Part shown: one piece after another, positions 23,393 through 32,000 of the stretch
How the letters are laid out: each line of letters begins with the position of its first letter
How positions within the stretch are numbered: the stretch's first letter is position 1
Notes under the pieces: generated by a model
The model's input: the letters and a program-made list of their open reading frames with translations, nothing else
Told to the model about the DNA's origin: nothing
Databases searched by the model: none
Source: Candidatus Brocadia sp.
GTDB lineage: Bacteria; Planctomycetota; Brocadiia; Brocadiales; Brocadiaceae
NCBI GenBank assembly: GCA_021650915.1
Contig: CP091279.1
Span: forward strand, 1,710,001 to 1,742,000
DNA length: 32,000 bases
Direction: 5' to 3'
Program-made: the position numbers and the translations under genes

Positions 23393-24787
23393 TTATTTCC
23401 CGATACAAAATTCAGAAAATATTTTCGTTAAAATATCTTCCGTTGTAACGGACCCCAGTACCTCACCCATGGCATCTGCTGCTGCACGCACGTCTAACGC
23501 AATAAATTCGTGGCTTTCATCACGCTGCGCTGATTCCACGGCACATTGAACCGAATGGAGGGATCGCTGCAGGGCATCCTTTTGACGGATATTCATGAGA
23601 CACGGAATGGTCTCTATCCTGCCGCCCAGAACGGTATCTATCAGCAGGTATTTTAATTCTTCAAGCCCCTCTCCGGTTTGTGCAGAGGTATAGACAACAG
23701 GATACTTTTCAAGCTCCGGAGGAAGTGACTGGCGGAGAGATGTTAGATCGGATTTGTTGACGATAACAATCGTAATGGCGGCCAAATCGTCCACCTTTAG
23801 TTCCAGAAATTGTTCAGCCAAACTGAGACTACCATCAAAGACAAGCAACACTACCTGCGCCCGTTTCAGGACGGATTGCACCTTTTCCGTTAACCCTGCA
23901 ATCCCGGCTTCTTTGATAACTTCCACTCCTGCAGTATCCGTCAGTTTGAAACAAATTCCTCCAATCTCCACCGTATCGGCAACGATATCCCGGGTTGTTC
24001 CCGGCACGTCGCTGACAATCGACCTTCTCTTCCCCAGAAGGGCATTAATCAGGCTCGATTTCCCCACATTGGGTTTGCCATAAAAAACGGCACCAATCCC
24101 CTCCGTCGAAACCTTACCGGTTTCTGGCTGATGGAAAAGACGGGAGATGGCTATTTTTAGCTCTGCTAGTTGCCGGATAATTTCCGTCGCCGGTATCAGT
24201 TCGATATCCTGGTCTGAAAAGTCAATGGCGGCCTCTATCTGCGCCAAAAGAGAAACTATCTTGTCCTGTATCTGCCTGATCTGCCGTGATACGTTTCCTG
24301 TCAATTGCTCAACCGCTGCGGCGAGCTCAAGGTCTGTCTGTGCCCGGATGATGCGCATGGTGGCTTCGGCCTGCGCAAGGTCGATCCGCCCGTGTAAAAA
24401 GGCGCGTTTGGTAAATTCTCCCGGCTGCGAAAGCCGGATGCTCCTGTGTGCCTGAATCTTTTCCGAGAGAAGGGTGTCTAAAAGTATTTCCAGAAGCGGC
24501 GGAGAGCCAGTGGTGTGAATTTCTACGACATCCTCCTTTGTGTAAGAAAAGGGCTTTTTCATAAGGTACAAAAACACGGGAATACTGACCTGTTCCTTTG
24601 AAGAGCAAATGAATCCCTTTAGCGAGCTATAGGACGGAATATCTTTCCACTCAATGTTCGTGGCTGGAATAAAAATACTTCTGACGCACGGAATGGCTTC
24701 GGGTCCGCTGATCCTGATGATTGCATGAAATGATCTCCCCGCCGGTGTAGACACCGCAACAATCGTATCCTGCATTCCGGGGTACAT
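23393..24787 (-). CDS. mnmE: tRNA modification GTPase MnmE (TrmE)
   Basis: G-domain motifs GKPNVGKSSLINALLG, DTAG and NKSDL. N-terminal DTIVAVSTPAG and the C-terminal FCIGK signature are present. The real start may be the ATG at 24775 (MQDTIVAV). Confidence 0.93.
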   Translation of the reverse strand: MYPGMQDTIVAVSTPAGRSFHAIIRISGPEAIPCVRSIFIPATNIEWKDIPSYSSLKGFICSSKEQVSIPVFLYLMKKPFSYTKEDVVEIHTTGSPPLLEILLDTLLSEKIQAHRSIRLSQPGEFTKRAFLHGRIDLAQAEATMRIIRAQTDLELAAAVEQLTGNVSRQIRQIQDKIVSLLAQIEAAIDFSDQDIELIPATEIIRQLAELKIAISRLFHQPETGKVSTEGIGAVFYGKPNVGKSSLINALLGKRRSIVSDVPGTTRDIVADTVEIGGICFKLTDTAGVEVIKEAGIAGLTEKVQSVLKRAQVVLLVFDGSLSLAEQFLELKVDDLAAITIVIVNKSDLTSLRQSLPPELEKYPVVYTSAQTGEGLEELKYLLIDTVLGGRIETIPCLMNIRQKDALQRSLHSVQCAVESAQRDESHEFIALDVRAAADAMGEVLGSVTTEDILTKIFSEFCIGK

Positions 24788-24804
24788 AAAAGAAGAACGG
24801 GTTA

Positions 24805-26490
24805 TTAGATTCTTATCTTCTTAATGGTCTTTCGAATCACGATGCCCTCGATAATACTAAATATGGTGCTTGTTGTCCAGTAGACCGTGAGTCCTGATGG
24901 CATATGATAGAGGACGAAGGCAAACATGATTGGCATAAATGACATCATCTTCTGCTGTGCCTGTGCCTGGGGGTCTGTTGCCGGCGCTTTGGGAGTAACC
25001 TTCATCTGGGCAAAGGAAGCTCCGGTCATAATTAACGGCAGGATATTGAGGGCGCTCCCGATGAACGGGATGCTAAAGGGAAGCATCATCAAGGTATCCG
25101 GCCTTGAAAGGTCATTAATCCAAAACATAAAGGATGCCTGCCTCATCTCGAAAGAAAGCTGCAAGGTGCGGAAAAGCGCAAAAAACACCGGGAGTTGCAG
25201 GAGCATGGGCAAGCAGCCGCTCATAGGATTCACTCCGTATTTTTTAAATAACATCATCTGCTCTCTTCCCATCTTCTGTTTATCATGCTTGTATTTTTCC
25301 TTCAGTTGATTAATCATGGGCTGCAACTGCTGCATCCGGAACATGGAAACCTGACTTTTCCTGGTGAGGGGAAAGAGGATGGCCTTAATAATAATGGTTA
25401 ATACAATGATAGAGATACCGTAGTTAGGAATTACCCGGTAGACGGCGTTTAAAAACGTCAACAGCACTTTGCTTATTGCAGTAAACCAGCCATAGCTCAG
25501 AAGGATGCCTAACGTCTCATACTGTCCCAGGATTTGCTCTTTTTTCGGTCCCATGAAATAGCTATAACTGTGTCTGACCGTCTCATGCGGCGGAACCCGG
25601 AACTTGTTTGTTTGCACGGTCACCATAAAATCAGCATGCTCTGGTTTTTCATTCGTGAGCATTCCCTCGGCATTGAATGGCTGCGCATTGACCCATGCAA
25701 TCATATCGCCGGAAGCGGGTTTCAGGATCGTGGAGAAATACTTATTCGTTGACCCTGCCCAAACAATGCCCATCGATTCATTTTTCGACGGCAATTCCTT
25801 TAGCGCCATCTTTATTAGTTTTGTCCTCTTATTTCCCATATCCACTCCGGCCACTGCTGCTACGTCCGCAGAAGGTTCCCCTTCAAGGGTAATCAGTGAA
25901 GATGCAATAATACTGTATGAGGCAGGGGCTTCTGCATCGGTGGTATTTTCTATAGCTACATCCATATTAATATGATACTTATCCGGCGGCATCGAGACCG
26001 TTTTGACAAGGTTTATCCCTTCCTCCAGCCTGGTGGTAAACACGATCTTGTCGGCACTATGCTCAGCGATATGGTATCGCTGCCGGTGAAAATTCGTTTG
26101 CTGCAGGATGGCATCAATGGCAAGAGGCCGGTATTCCATATTTCCATTTTTTACTAAATCAAGGACATTTTTTGCCTCCGCATCTTTGAACTGTTTGAGT
26201 TGAATCGACTTGAGCGCAGCGCCTTCATTTGTCCATATGGTTTTTACAAATGCATTTTCGAGAACCATTTCCTGTACAGGAATATCCTGCTGAGGCTGTA
26301 TCGTGTGAACGGGAGGCGTTCGCGGCGATTCAGGCGTCTTGACATCCACGGTTTTTTGCGGAGCAACGGCCTCCGTTGGTGCTTCGGTAACGGCAGCCTT
26401 TTTTGAAGAAAGCAAGGGTAAGATGAAAGGATAATACAATATCATAATTATCCCACAAACAATCACAGCAATCAGCGCCTTTTTATCCAT
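24805..26490 (-). CDS. yidC: Membrane protein insertase YidC (long periplasmic-domain type)
   Basis: N-terminal TM segment, a large P1-like region, and a C-terminal 60-kDa insertase core (GCLPMLLQLPVFFALF, MPSGLTVYWTTS). I prefer the ATG at 26490 (MDKKALIAV), which overlaps the upstream stop as ATGGATAA. Confidence 0.92.
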   Translation of the reverse strand: MDKKALIAVIVCGIIMILYYPFILPLLSSKKAAVTEAPTEAVAPQKTVDVKTPESPRTPPVHTIQPQQDIPVQEMVLENAFVKTIWTNEGAALKSIQLKQFKDAEAKNVLDLVKNGNMEYRPLAIDAILQQTNFHRQRYHIAEHSADKIVFTTRLEEGINLVKTVSMPPDKYHINMDVAIENTTDAEAPASYSIIASSLITLEGEPSADVAAVAGVDMGNKRTKLIKMALKELPSKNESMGIVWAGSTNKYFSTILKPASGDMIAWVNAQPFNAEGMLTNEKPEHADFMVTVQTNKFRVPPHETVRHSYSYFMGPKKEQILGQYETLGILLSYGWFTAISKVLLTFLNAVYRVIPNYGISIIVLTIIIKAILFPLTRKSQVSMFRMQQLQPMINQLKEKYKHDKQKMGREQMMLFKKYGVNPMSGCLPMLLQLPVFFALFRTLQLSFEMRQASFMFWINDLSRPDTLMMLPFSIPFIGSALNILPLIMTGASFAQMKVTPKAPATDPQAQAQQKMMSFMPIMFAFVLYHMPSGLTVYWTTSTIFSIIEGIVIRKTIKKIRI

Positions 26491-26665
26491 GAATCTTTTT
26501 TGGTTCCTCCGGCAATTTTGCCTCATCAACTAACATAACGGGAATATCGTCTCTTATGGGATATCGCCGTCCGCATGTTCGACACACAATGCTGTCGCCT
26601 TCCAAACAGACGTCCGTCTTACAGAGGGGACAGGCAAGGATATCCAGCAATTCTTTTGTAATCAT
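26483..26665 (-). CDS. Trm112/YcaR-like zinc-ribbon protein (UPF0434-type)
   Basis: MITKELLDILACPLCKTDV..LEGDSIVCRTCGRRYPIRDDIPVMLVDEA matches the Trm112p-like pattern (CPxCK...CxxC..YPI.DGIPVML). GGGAG 7 nt upstream of the ATG at 26665. Confidence 0.8.
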   Translation of the reverse strand: MITKELLDILACPLCKTDVCLEGDSIVCRTCGRRYPIRDDIPVMLVDEAKLPEEPKKIHG

Positions 26666-26694
26666 CAGAAAACTCCCAATCAATTATCATTAAT

Positions 26695-26762
26695 GAGATT
26701 CTTCGCTTCGTTTAGAATGACGAGCAGCGCCATTCTGAGGGAGTAAAATGGACGAGAATCTC
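26695..26762. repeat. REP-like nested inverted repeat
   Basis: GAGATTCT...AGAATCTC outer arms with inner TAGAATG/CATTCTG arms. Intergenic, between pncB and the Trm112-like gene. Confidence 0.5.
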
Positions 26763-26965
26763 AAACTTTGAAATTCCTAAACATTAAACATAGCATGCTA
26801 ACAAACTATCTCAAGAATTTCAAATTAAAACTACGATTGTGCTGCTACCGAGACAAAACGCTGCCTTCTGTTCATCCGGAATTTCTTTACCGATTTGATC
26901 AAACACATTACGCCTTCTTACAAAAACGGTCTTCCTTTTCGGCAAAAAGTGTGAACAAACTCCTT

Positions 26966-28375
26966 TTACGGTATATTCCTGTCCCTCAGTCTCTCTTCCA
27001 CCGCGCTTCTTTTTGCCTCAAGACCACTGCTTTTCATTACCGGATAGGGTTGGGCGTCCTTCAGTCGTCTGTATGGCTCCGGCAGGCGCGCGAGACCGTC
27101 TGATGCCGTGCGCTGGATTTCATGGATCGATGGCAGGTGGCAACTTATCTTTCCCTCTGTTATCACGGGTAGCAAAAGGGGGATTCCCTCCACATCTTCC
27201 CCTTCAAGCCCGATGATATCCTTCACAAAACAGTCGTTTTCATCATGAATGCGGTAGACCTGTTTCTTGCATGGATAGGTAAGTTTATCCTCACTGAATT
27301 TCATCTTTGGGATAATTTCTCCGTTCTGTTCCTGTTCAACCAGCTTATAGACGCCCCCCAGCGCCGGGGCGTCTTTGGATGTAACCATCTCCGTGCCCAC
27401 ACCAAAGGAGTCGATGGGTGCACCCTGTTGCAACAAATCATCAATGCGGTCTTCATTCAGATCACCGCTAGCAATGATCCTGGCGTCCGACAACCCTTCG
27501 GCATCTAAAATTCTTCGCACCTGCCTGCTGAGTTCTGATAAGTTTCCACTATCAAGACGAACGCCCTTCAGCTTCCTGCCAATCGTAGCAGCGTGCCTTG
27601 CCCCAGCCACGGTGTCATAGGTATCGATAAGCAGGATCGTGTGATCAGGAAATGTTTCATAAAATTTACCGAAGGCGTCTTGTTCATTTTCAAACGCCAG
27701 GATCCATGAATGGGCAAGAGTGCCCACTGCCGGTATGCCGAGTTCACAGGCGGCAAATACGTTGGAAGTTCCTTTGCATCCGCCAATAAAAGATGCCCTG
27801 GCCGCAAGGACGCCTGCCTGCATGCCATGTGCGCGCCGTGTTCCAAAATCAATGACTTCCCGCCCCTGGGCAGCGGTGACAACCCTTGATGCCTTCGTTG
27901 CAATGGAAGTCTGAAAGTTTATTGTTGCAAGCAGGTACGTCTCTATGATCTGCGTCTCGATAATCGGGGCGGTAACCCGCACGAGGGGTTCTTCCGCAAA
28001 GGCAATGGTTCCTTCCGGCATGGCATACACGGCGCCATGGAAGGTAAAATTTCTTAAGTACTCAAAAAAATCGTCACTTACCTGATGGAAAACCGGCAAT
28101 TGCCGTAAAAACCCAATCGTTCCCGCTGAAAATTTTATGTGGGTAAGATAGTGCAGTGCCTGTTCAAGCCCAGCGGCGACTAAATAAGAACGATTTTTCG
28201 GCAAGTGGCGAACAAACAATTCAAATGTTGCAACGCCCTGCATCTTCTGTTCAAAATACCCTGCAGCCATTGTAAGCTGGTAGAGATCGGTAAGGATACC
28301 GAGCGAATCTTCAGGCAGGAAGAGAGATTTTGGTCCATTCATAATTCTTGTGGTAACGCACATTTTATCTTGCAA
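26966..28375 (-). CDS. pncB: Nicotinate phosphoribosyltransferase
   Basis: N-terminal LTDLYQLTMAAGYF, then FGTRRAHG, TSNVFA, GTLAHSW and GVRLDSG, typical of NAPRTase. The track start at 28375 is TTG. ATGs at 28363 or 28342 are equally possible, and there is no clear ribosome site. Confidence 0.9.
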   Translation of the reverse strand: MQDKMCVTTRIMNGPKSLFLPEDSLGILTDLYQLTMAAGYFEQKMQGVATFELFVRHLPKNRSYLVAAGLEQALHYLTHIKFSAGTIGFLRQLPVFHQVSDDFFEYLRNFTFHGAVYAMPEGTIAFAEEPLVRVTAPIIETQIIETYLLATINFQTSIATKASRVVTAAQGREVIDFGTRRAHGMQAGVLAARASFIGGCKGTSNVFAACELGIPAVGTLAHSWILAFENEQDAFGKFYETFPDHTILLIDTYDTVAGARHAATIGRKLKGVRLDSGNLSELSRQVRRILDAEGLSDARIIASGDLNEDRIDDLLQQGAPIDSFGVGTEMVTSKDAPALGGVYKLVEQEQNGEIIPKMKFSEDKLTYPCKKQVYRIHDENDCFVKDIIGLEGEDVEGIPLLLPVITEGKISCHLPSIHEIQRTASDGLARLPEPYRRLKDAQPYPVMKSSGLEAKRSAVEERLRDRNIP

Positions 28376-29200
28376 ACTGGAGGTGCAATCTTACCGCCAA
28401 ATCGGTCTAGGATCAAGCGAAAGTTACCGCGACGCGATGTTTACCATACCGTGCAGGAGACGAGTTTCAAACCTGCCCCTATAAGACAATATTATTCATA
28501 GAGAAAATTTTTCTAAAAGCTAAATTGTTACAAATTATTTTCTTGATAATGTATTATCAAGATATTGTCCGTACTGATCTTGCATTGAATACTATAATTT
28601 ATTTTTCCATTGAAGAACCTAAATTTGTTGTCAATATTTTAAACACTATGCATATACAGCTGGAGCACAATTAAAAAAGCCGTTCATTTTATCCATTTAC
28701 ACCCTTTAAGCCATGAAAGGAATGAAAGACGACAAAGCAGTCATACCTGGTGGTAATTTTGTCACACAAAGTTACTTTATTAAAAAAAGTAAAGAATCCA
28801 CCCGCGGAGCAGGTGGCTTTGGGTTAACCCCTAAAAGGGGATAAGTTTGCCATTTGTACTCATTACGCAAACTGTAAGTAATTCCCGTAGTGTGCAGAAC
28901 TAACTGCGATTCGTTTTCATGCAACCAAAATGCTTCTTTGAGATATGAGCGGTAAGCCTATTTGTATTTTCAATGTTTTATACTCAAAATTGAACATCTC
29001 TTTGGGAAAATACCGGCATGGCGAAAACCAGTTCCGTCATACTTATCGAAGGGGATAACTGGCATAGCCGTTGTTCTCTGACCACGCCCACAGGGCGCGG
29101 TTTTCTACATTATTAGTAAAAAAAGCCTTGCGAAAACAGGTCGTCATGAAAAGAGGAAAAGAAAGCTTTCCAGGGCATTATCATTTTTGCACTTGGACAA

Positions 29201-29470
29201 CTACCTTTCTGACCTATTTTTTTTATACAGCGCGCGGAGAAACAGAATCGTGATCACAAACGAGAGGGTAAACCCGTTTGCCAGGGCGATGATGGGATTT
29301 TTTAAGTGAATTCCGTACGTGAGCCATAAACTACAACCCACCAGGAGAAGCGTCAGCATGACAGGAGAAACGTCACTCAGTTCCTTCGTTTTTATGCCGC
29401 GTATTATTTGAGGCACAAATCCTATGGTTGTGCAAATTGCAGCAATCGTACCCATGACAGACCAAAACAT
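29201..29470 (-). CDS. SemiSWEET / PQ-loop (MtN3-type) small transporter
   Basis: 89 aa with three predicted TM helices and the PQ motif in helix 1 (GFVPQIIRGIKTK). This size is typical of bacterial SemiSWEETs. Confidence 0.75.
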   Translation of the reverse strand: MFWSVMGTIAAICTTIGFVPQIIRGIKTKELSDVSPVMLTLLLVGCSLWLTYGIHLKNPIIALANGFTLSFVITILFLRALYKKNRSER

Positions 29471-29717
29471 ATTTTTCCCCGTCCCGGTTTCTCCGTAAGC
29501 CTGACTATTTTTGTTGGATACAGTTCCCCATCATGATATGATATTCAACCGAGCATCCTGTCTCTCTTCTTCACCCTTGTCGGAAAAGATAGAGGCTAAT
29601 AATTTTCAACAGGCAAGCTCTGTCATAGTCATTATGTTACCATATTTTCTCATAAATACATGGTATAATTTGGCGTTAAGGAGTTTTGAACTTTCTGCTC
29701 CTGGCTTACACACCCCA

Positions 29718-29774
29718 AACCCCTTCCCAGGAGCGGACGCAAAAAGTCCCCTCTTGTGAGGGGATTCAGGGGTT
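29718..29774. repeat. REP-like GC-rich hairpin element
   Basis: AACCCCT...AGGGGTT outer arms with an inner hairpin CCCCTC-ttgt-GAGGGG (29748-29763). Confidence 0.45.
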
Positions 29775-29839
29775 GGTTTAATCGTATTGTAAAAGGTTGA
29801 CAAAGGCCTCATTTAAATACCCTGAGGGGAAGATAGTAA

Positions 29840-30334
29840 ATGGAAGTTTGGGATAGTGCCATATTTGTAATTTCCCTCATTATTATGATGATGGGAATGG
29901 CTGGAATTATCGTGCCAATAATTCCAAGTACGCCACTGATCTGGGTAGGAGCATTCATTTATGCAATAAGCACTCATTTTGAAAAAGTTACGTGGCTCAT
30001 GGTATTGCTCCTCGCACTGATGGCCATTTTTTCTGTCGTACTGGAAAACCTTGGGAACGTCTATGGCGCAAAAAAATTTGGCGCCACACGGTGGGGAATT
30101 ATCGGCTCTTTTGTGGGCACAGGCGCAGGATTCTTTATGGGCGGCCCTGTCGGTTTGATTTTAGGGCCTATCGTTGGCACGATTGTCTTTGAATTGATCG
30201 GGGGAAAGGGTTACAGGGGGGCATTGAAGTCGGGCGTGGGTAACTTTGTGGGCTTTCTTGGCGGATCACTATTAAAATTGCTTATTGGTCTTGCGATGAT
30301 TTCTCTTTTTGTCTGGAAGGTATTCTTTGGATAA
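29840..30334 (+). CDS. DUF456-family membrane protein
   Basis: 164 aa with four hydrophobic segments. GAKKFGATRWGIIGSFVGTGAGFFMGGPVGLILGPIVGT matches the DUF456 pattern as I remember it. GAGGGGAAG lies upstream of the ATG. Confidence 0.7.
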   Translation: MEVWDSAIFVISLIIMMMGMAGIIVPIIPSTPLIWVGAFIYAISTHFEKVTWLMVLLLALMAIFSVVLENLGNVYGAKKFGATRWGIIGSFVGTGAGFFMGGPVGLILGPIVGTIVFELIGGKGYRGALKSGVGNFVGFLGGSLLKLLIGLAMISLFVWKVFFG

Positions 30335-30363
30335 TCGCGGGTAACTTTCCGGTTAGATTTTCA

Positions 30364-30392
30364 TTGACGTGAAACACCGGGCGTGTTATATA
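30364..30392 (+). promoter_or_regulatory. Sigma70-type promoter upstream of the response-regulator/PAS gene
   Basis: TTGACG (30364-30369), a 17-nt spacer, then TATATA (30387-30392), about 150 nt upstream of the ATG at 30545. Confidence 0.4.
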
Positions 30393-30544
30393 AACCCAGC
30401 CGTAGTATCAACGTACCCTGTAAAAAACTCCCTTTTCCAGAAATTGTTACACAACGCCTTCGCCTTCTTTTCATTTAACCCGAACCTTGTATTTGCTACT
30501 TCTTGCGTTCTGCCGAAGAGACGTCGTTGGCACGGAGATGAACC

Positions 30545-32000
30545 ATGAGATTTCTGATTGTCGATAATAACCAGGATGACCGTGAGCAAATCAAGCGGAA
30601 TTTTCAAGAGGAATTTTATGCTCCGGAGTTCCTGGAAATCACGAAACGTGAGGATTTTGATGAGGTTATCGGAAAAGGCATCTTCGATGCCGTGATTACC
30701 GATTATCGCCTTGACTGGACAGACGGATTATGGATTCTCCGATCGGTCAGGAAACAGTACCCTTCCATGCCGGTAGTCATGATTACCGATCACGGAAGTG
30801 AGGAAATCGCCGTGGAAGGAATGAAATCCGGCCTGAGCGACTACATCCTGAAACGGAAACTGCACGATCTGCCCGTTGTGTTGAAAAAGAACCTGATGAA
30901 TGCCAGGCTGGGTAAGGGATATAGCACATCAGGAATTCAGAAAAACATTTCTCACGGGCGACATGCGACCACGGAAACCATTTCAGACTACGCATACACG
31001 TTACGCGTTGAATCTGATGGCACCTTCGTCTGTGAATGCGTAACCGATGCCTTTACTCCCCTTACCGGCCATACCCTTGAAGAAATAGACGGGCATGACG
31101 GCTGGTACAGTCTTATCTGTCCGGAAGATAAGACTCTTTTTCTCCAGCACCGGAATTATCTGCTTTCCGGCCAGCCGAAAATAAGTGAATTTCGTATCAT
31201 CACAAAAACCGGAGAAAAGCTCTGGTTGCGTGACTATGCTCAACCGGTGTGGGGAGATGCACAAGGTCGCGTCATCCATATCTATGGCACGGCGCACAAT
31301 ATTACCGAACGCAATCGGGCGGAGGAACGCATCCGTCTCTATGGAGAGATCTTAAATAATCTGCAAATTGGCCTGGTTGTCTGGCAATTAGAGAATATCG
31401 ATGATGTCAAAACCTACAAACTTATTGCCGCTAATTCTGCTGCTGCTCAATGTACCGGTGTGGCATTGGGAAATCTCATCGGAAAGACCATGACAGAGTG
31501 TTTTCCTGCCCTTATGGAAACTGAAGTCCCACAGAGTTATGCAGAGGTTGTCCGTTCCGGGAAGGCAAAGAATATGAAAGAAGATCGCTTTTCCGATTCG
31601 GGCAATTTAAAGACGATCTTTTCCGTCAGGGCCTTTCCACTCACGAATAATTGTGTGGGTATAGCGTTTGTGGACATTACGGAAAGCGAGAAGATACATG
31701 AAGAATTAAAACTCTTTCAATTACTGTTCGCTGAAATAAGAGATCTCGCATATATCTGCGATACGCAGGGCAATATTTTATATGTAAACAATGTTTTTGA
31801 AAAACTTACGGGTCATAAGCCTGAAGAATTCTTTGGAAAATCATTTGCACCTCTGTTTGATGAAGAGAACCTGCAAAAGGCAATGGATTTCCATAAAAGA
31901 ACCGTGGCGGGGGAAAGCCTGCAATTTGAACTCCGGTTTAAAAAAACGGGGATCGTATGCGAATTCAGGAATTTTCAGTTAAGGGACGGAACGGGAAATG
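30545..32000 (+). CDS. Response-regulator receiver + multiple PAS domain signalling protein (5' partial, continues beyond the window)
   Basis: Absent from the ORF track because no stop is reached. My translation from the ATG at 30545 (GGAGA 6 nt upstream) reads MRFLIVDNNQDDREQIKR..DAVITDYRLDWTDG..PVVMITDHGS..DYILKR (REC). At least three PAS-like repeats follow (..GHTLEEIDGHDGWYSLICPED..; ..GKTMTECFPAL..; ..LTGHKPEEFFGKSFAPLFDEE..). The frame is open to nt 32000. Confidence 0.85.
   Translation, partial: MRFLIVDNNQDDREQIKRNFQEEFYAPEFLEITKREDFDEVIGKGIFDAVITDYRLDWTDGLWILRSVRKQYPSMPVVMITDHGSEEIAVEGMKSGLSDYILKRKLHDLPVVLKKNLMNARLGKGYSTSGIQKNISHGRHATTETISDYAYTLRVESDGTFVCECVTDAFTPLTGHTLEEIDGHDGWYSLICPEDKTLFLQHRNYLLSGQPKISEFRIITKTGEKLWLRDYAQPVWGDAQGRVIHIYGTAHNITERNRAEERIRLYGEILNNLQIGLVVWQLENIDDVKTYKLIAANSAAAQCTGVALGNLIGKTMTECFPALMETEVPQSYAEVVRSGKAKNMKEDRFSDSGNLKTIFSVRAFPLTNNCVGIAFVDITESEKIHEELKLFQLLFAEIRDLAYICDTQGNILYVNNVFEKLTGHKPEEFFGKSFAPLFDEENLQKAMDFHKRTVAGESLQFELRFKKTGIVCEFRNFQLRDGTGN

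Noticed and set aside
28713-28844. 45-codon plus-strand ORF (MKGMKDDKAVIPGGNF...) in the pncB-SemiSWEET gap
   Set aside because: It has no Shine-Dalgarno, shows no recognisable motif, and lies in an AT-rich region where short ORFs arise by chance.
29059-29076. Plus-strand TGGCAT-agccg-TTGT sigma54-like match
   Set aside because: Both half-sites are imperfect. The nearest downstream plus-strand gene is ~750 nt away, with an opposite-strand gene in between.
30386-30607. 73-aa minus-strand ORF
   Set aside because: It overlaps the promoter, leader and start of the plus-strand REC/PAS gene. It has no ribosome site or motifs.
1-32000. tRNA, rRNA, tmRNA, RNase P or SRP RNA genes
   Set aside because: I scanned the intergenic stretches by eye for T-arm (GGTTCGAATCC-like) and other hallmark sequences and saw none. 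A tRNAscan or Infernal run would be needed to be sure.

Overview
This 32-kb window looks like it comes from a Gram-negative-type environmental bacterium. My guess from gene content and repeat types is an anammox-like Planctomycetota genome, but I cannot verify that here.

Right part (23.4-32 kb): ordinary housekeeping. It holds mnmE, yidC, a Trm112-like zinc-ribbon gene, pncB, a SemiSWEET, a DUF456 membrane protein, and a response-regulator/PAS protein. That last gene runs off the window end and is missing from the ORF track.

Middle (18-23.4 kb): accessory. It holds a DUF3467-like gene, an IS with a frameshifted DDE transposase, a GTGTAACA repeat array, a toxin-first PIN/Phd toxin-antitoxin pair, and a sigma54 enhancer-binding protein with a degenerate receiver. 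Two copies of a ~165-nt structured, terminator-ending repeat bracket this segment.

Left part (2.1-17.9 kb): one tightly packed minus-strand operon, and my candidate for an undescribed system. Four small, highly charged or hydrophobic proteins that I cannot place in any family come first. They are followed by:
- a giant S8-protease / PG-binding / lipase-like fusion, split by a 1-nt frameshift;
- a 130-aa unknown;
- a ~1640-aa protein stacking two M15/LAS-type peptidase modules, a GxSxG-like hydrolase module and a DUF2272/CHAP-like module;
- a 324-aa unknown;
- an astacin-type protease with a PPC domain.

None of these envelope-directed enzymes shows a signal peptide, and no known secretion or phage machinery is present. 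The two giants share a ~175-aa paralogous module. A separately transcribed, signal-bearing 5'-nucleotidase sits at the left edge.

All family calls rest on motifs read by eye. No database search was run.
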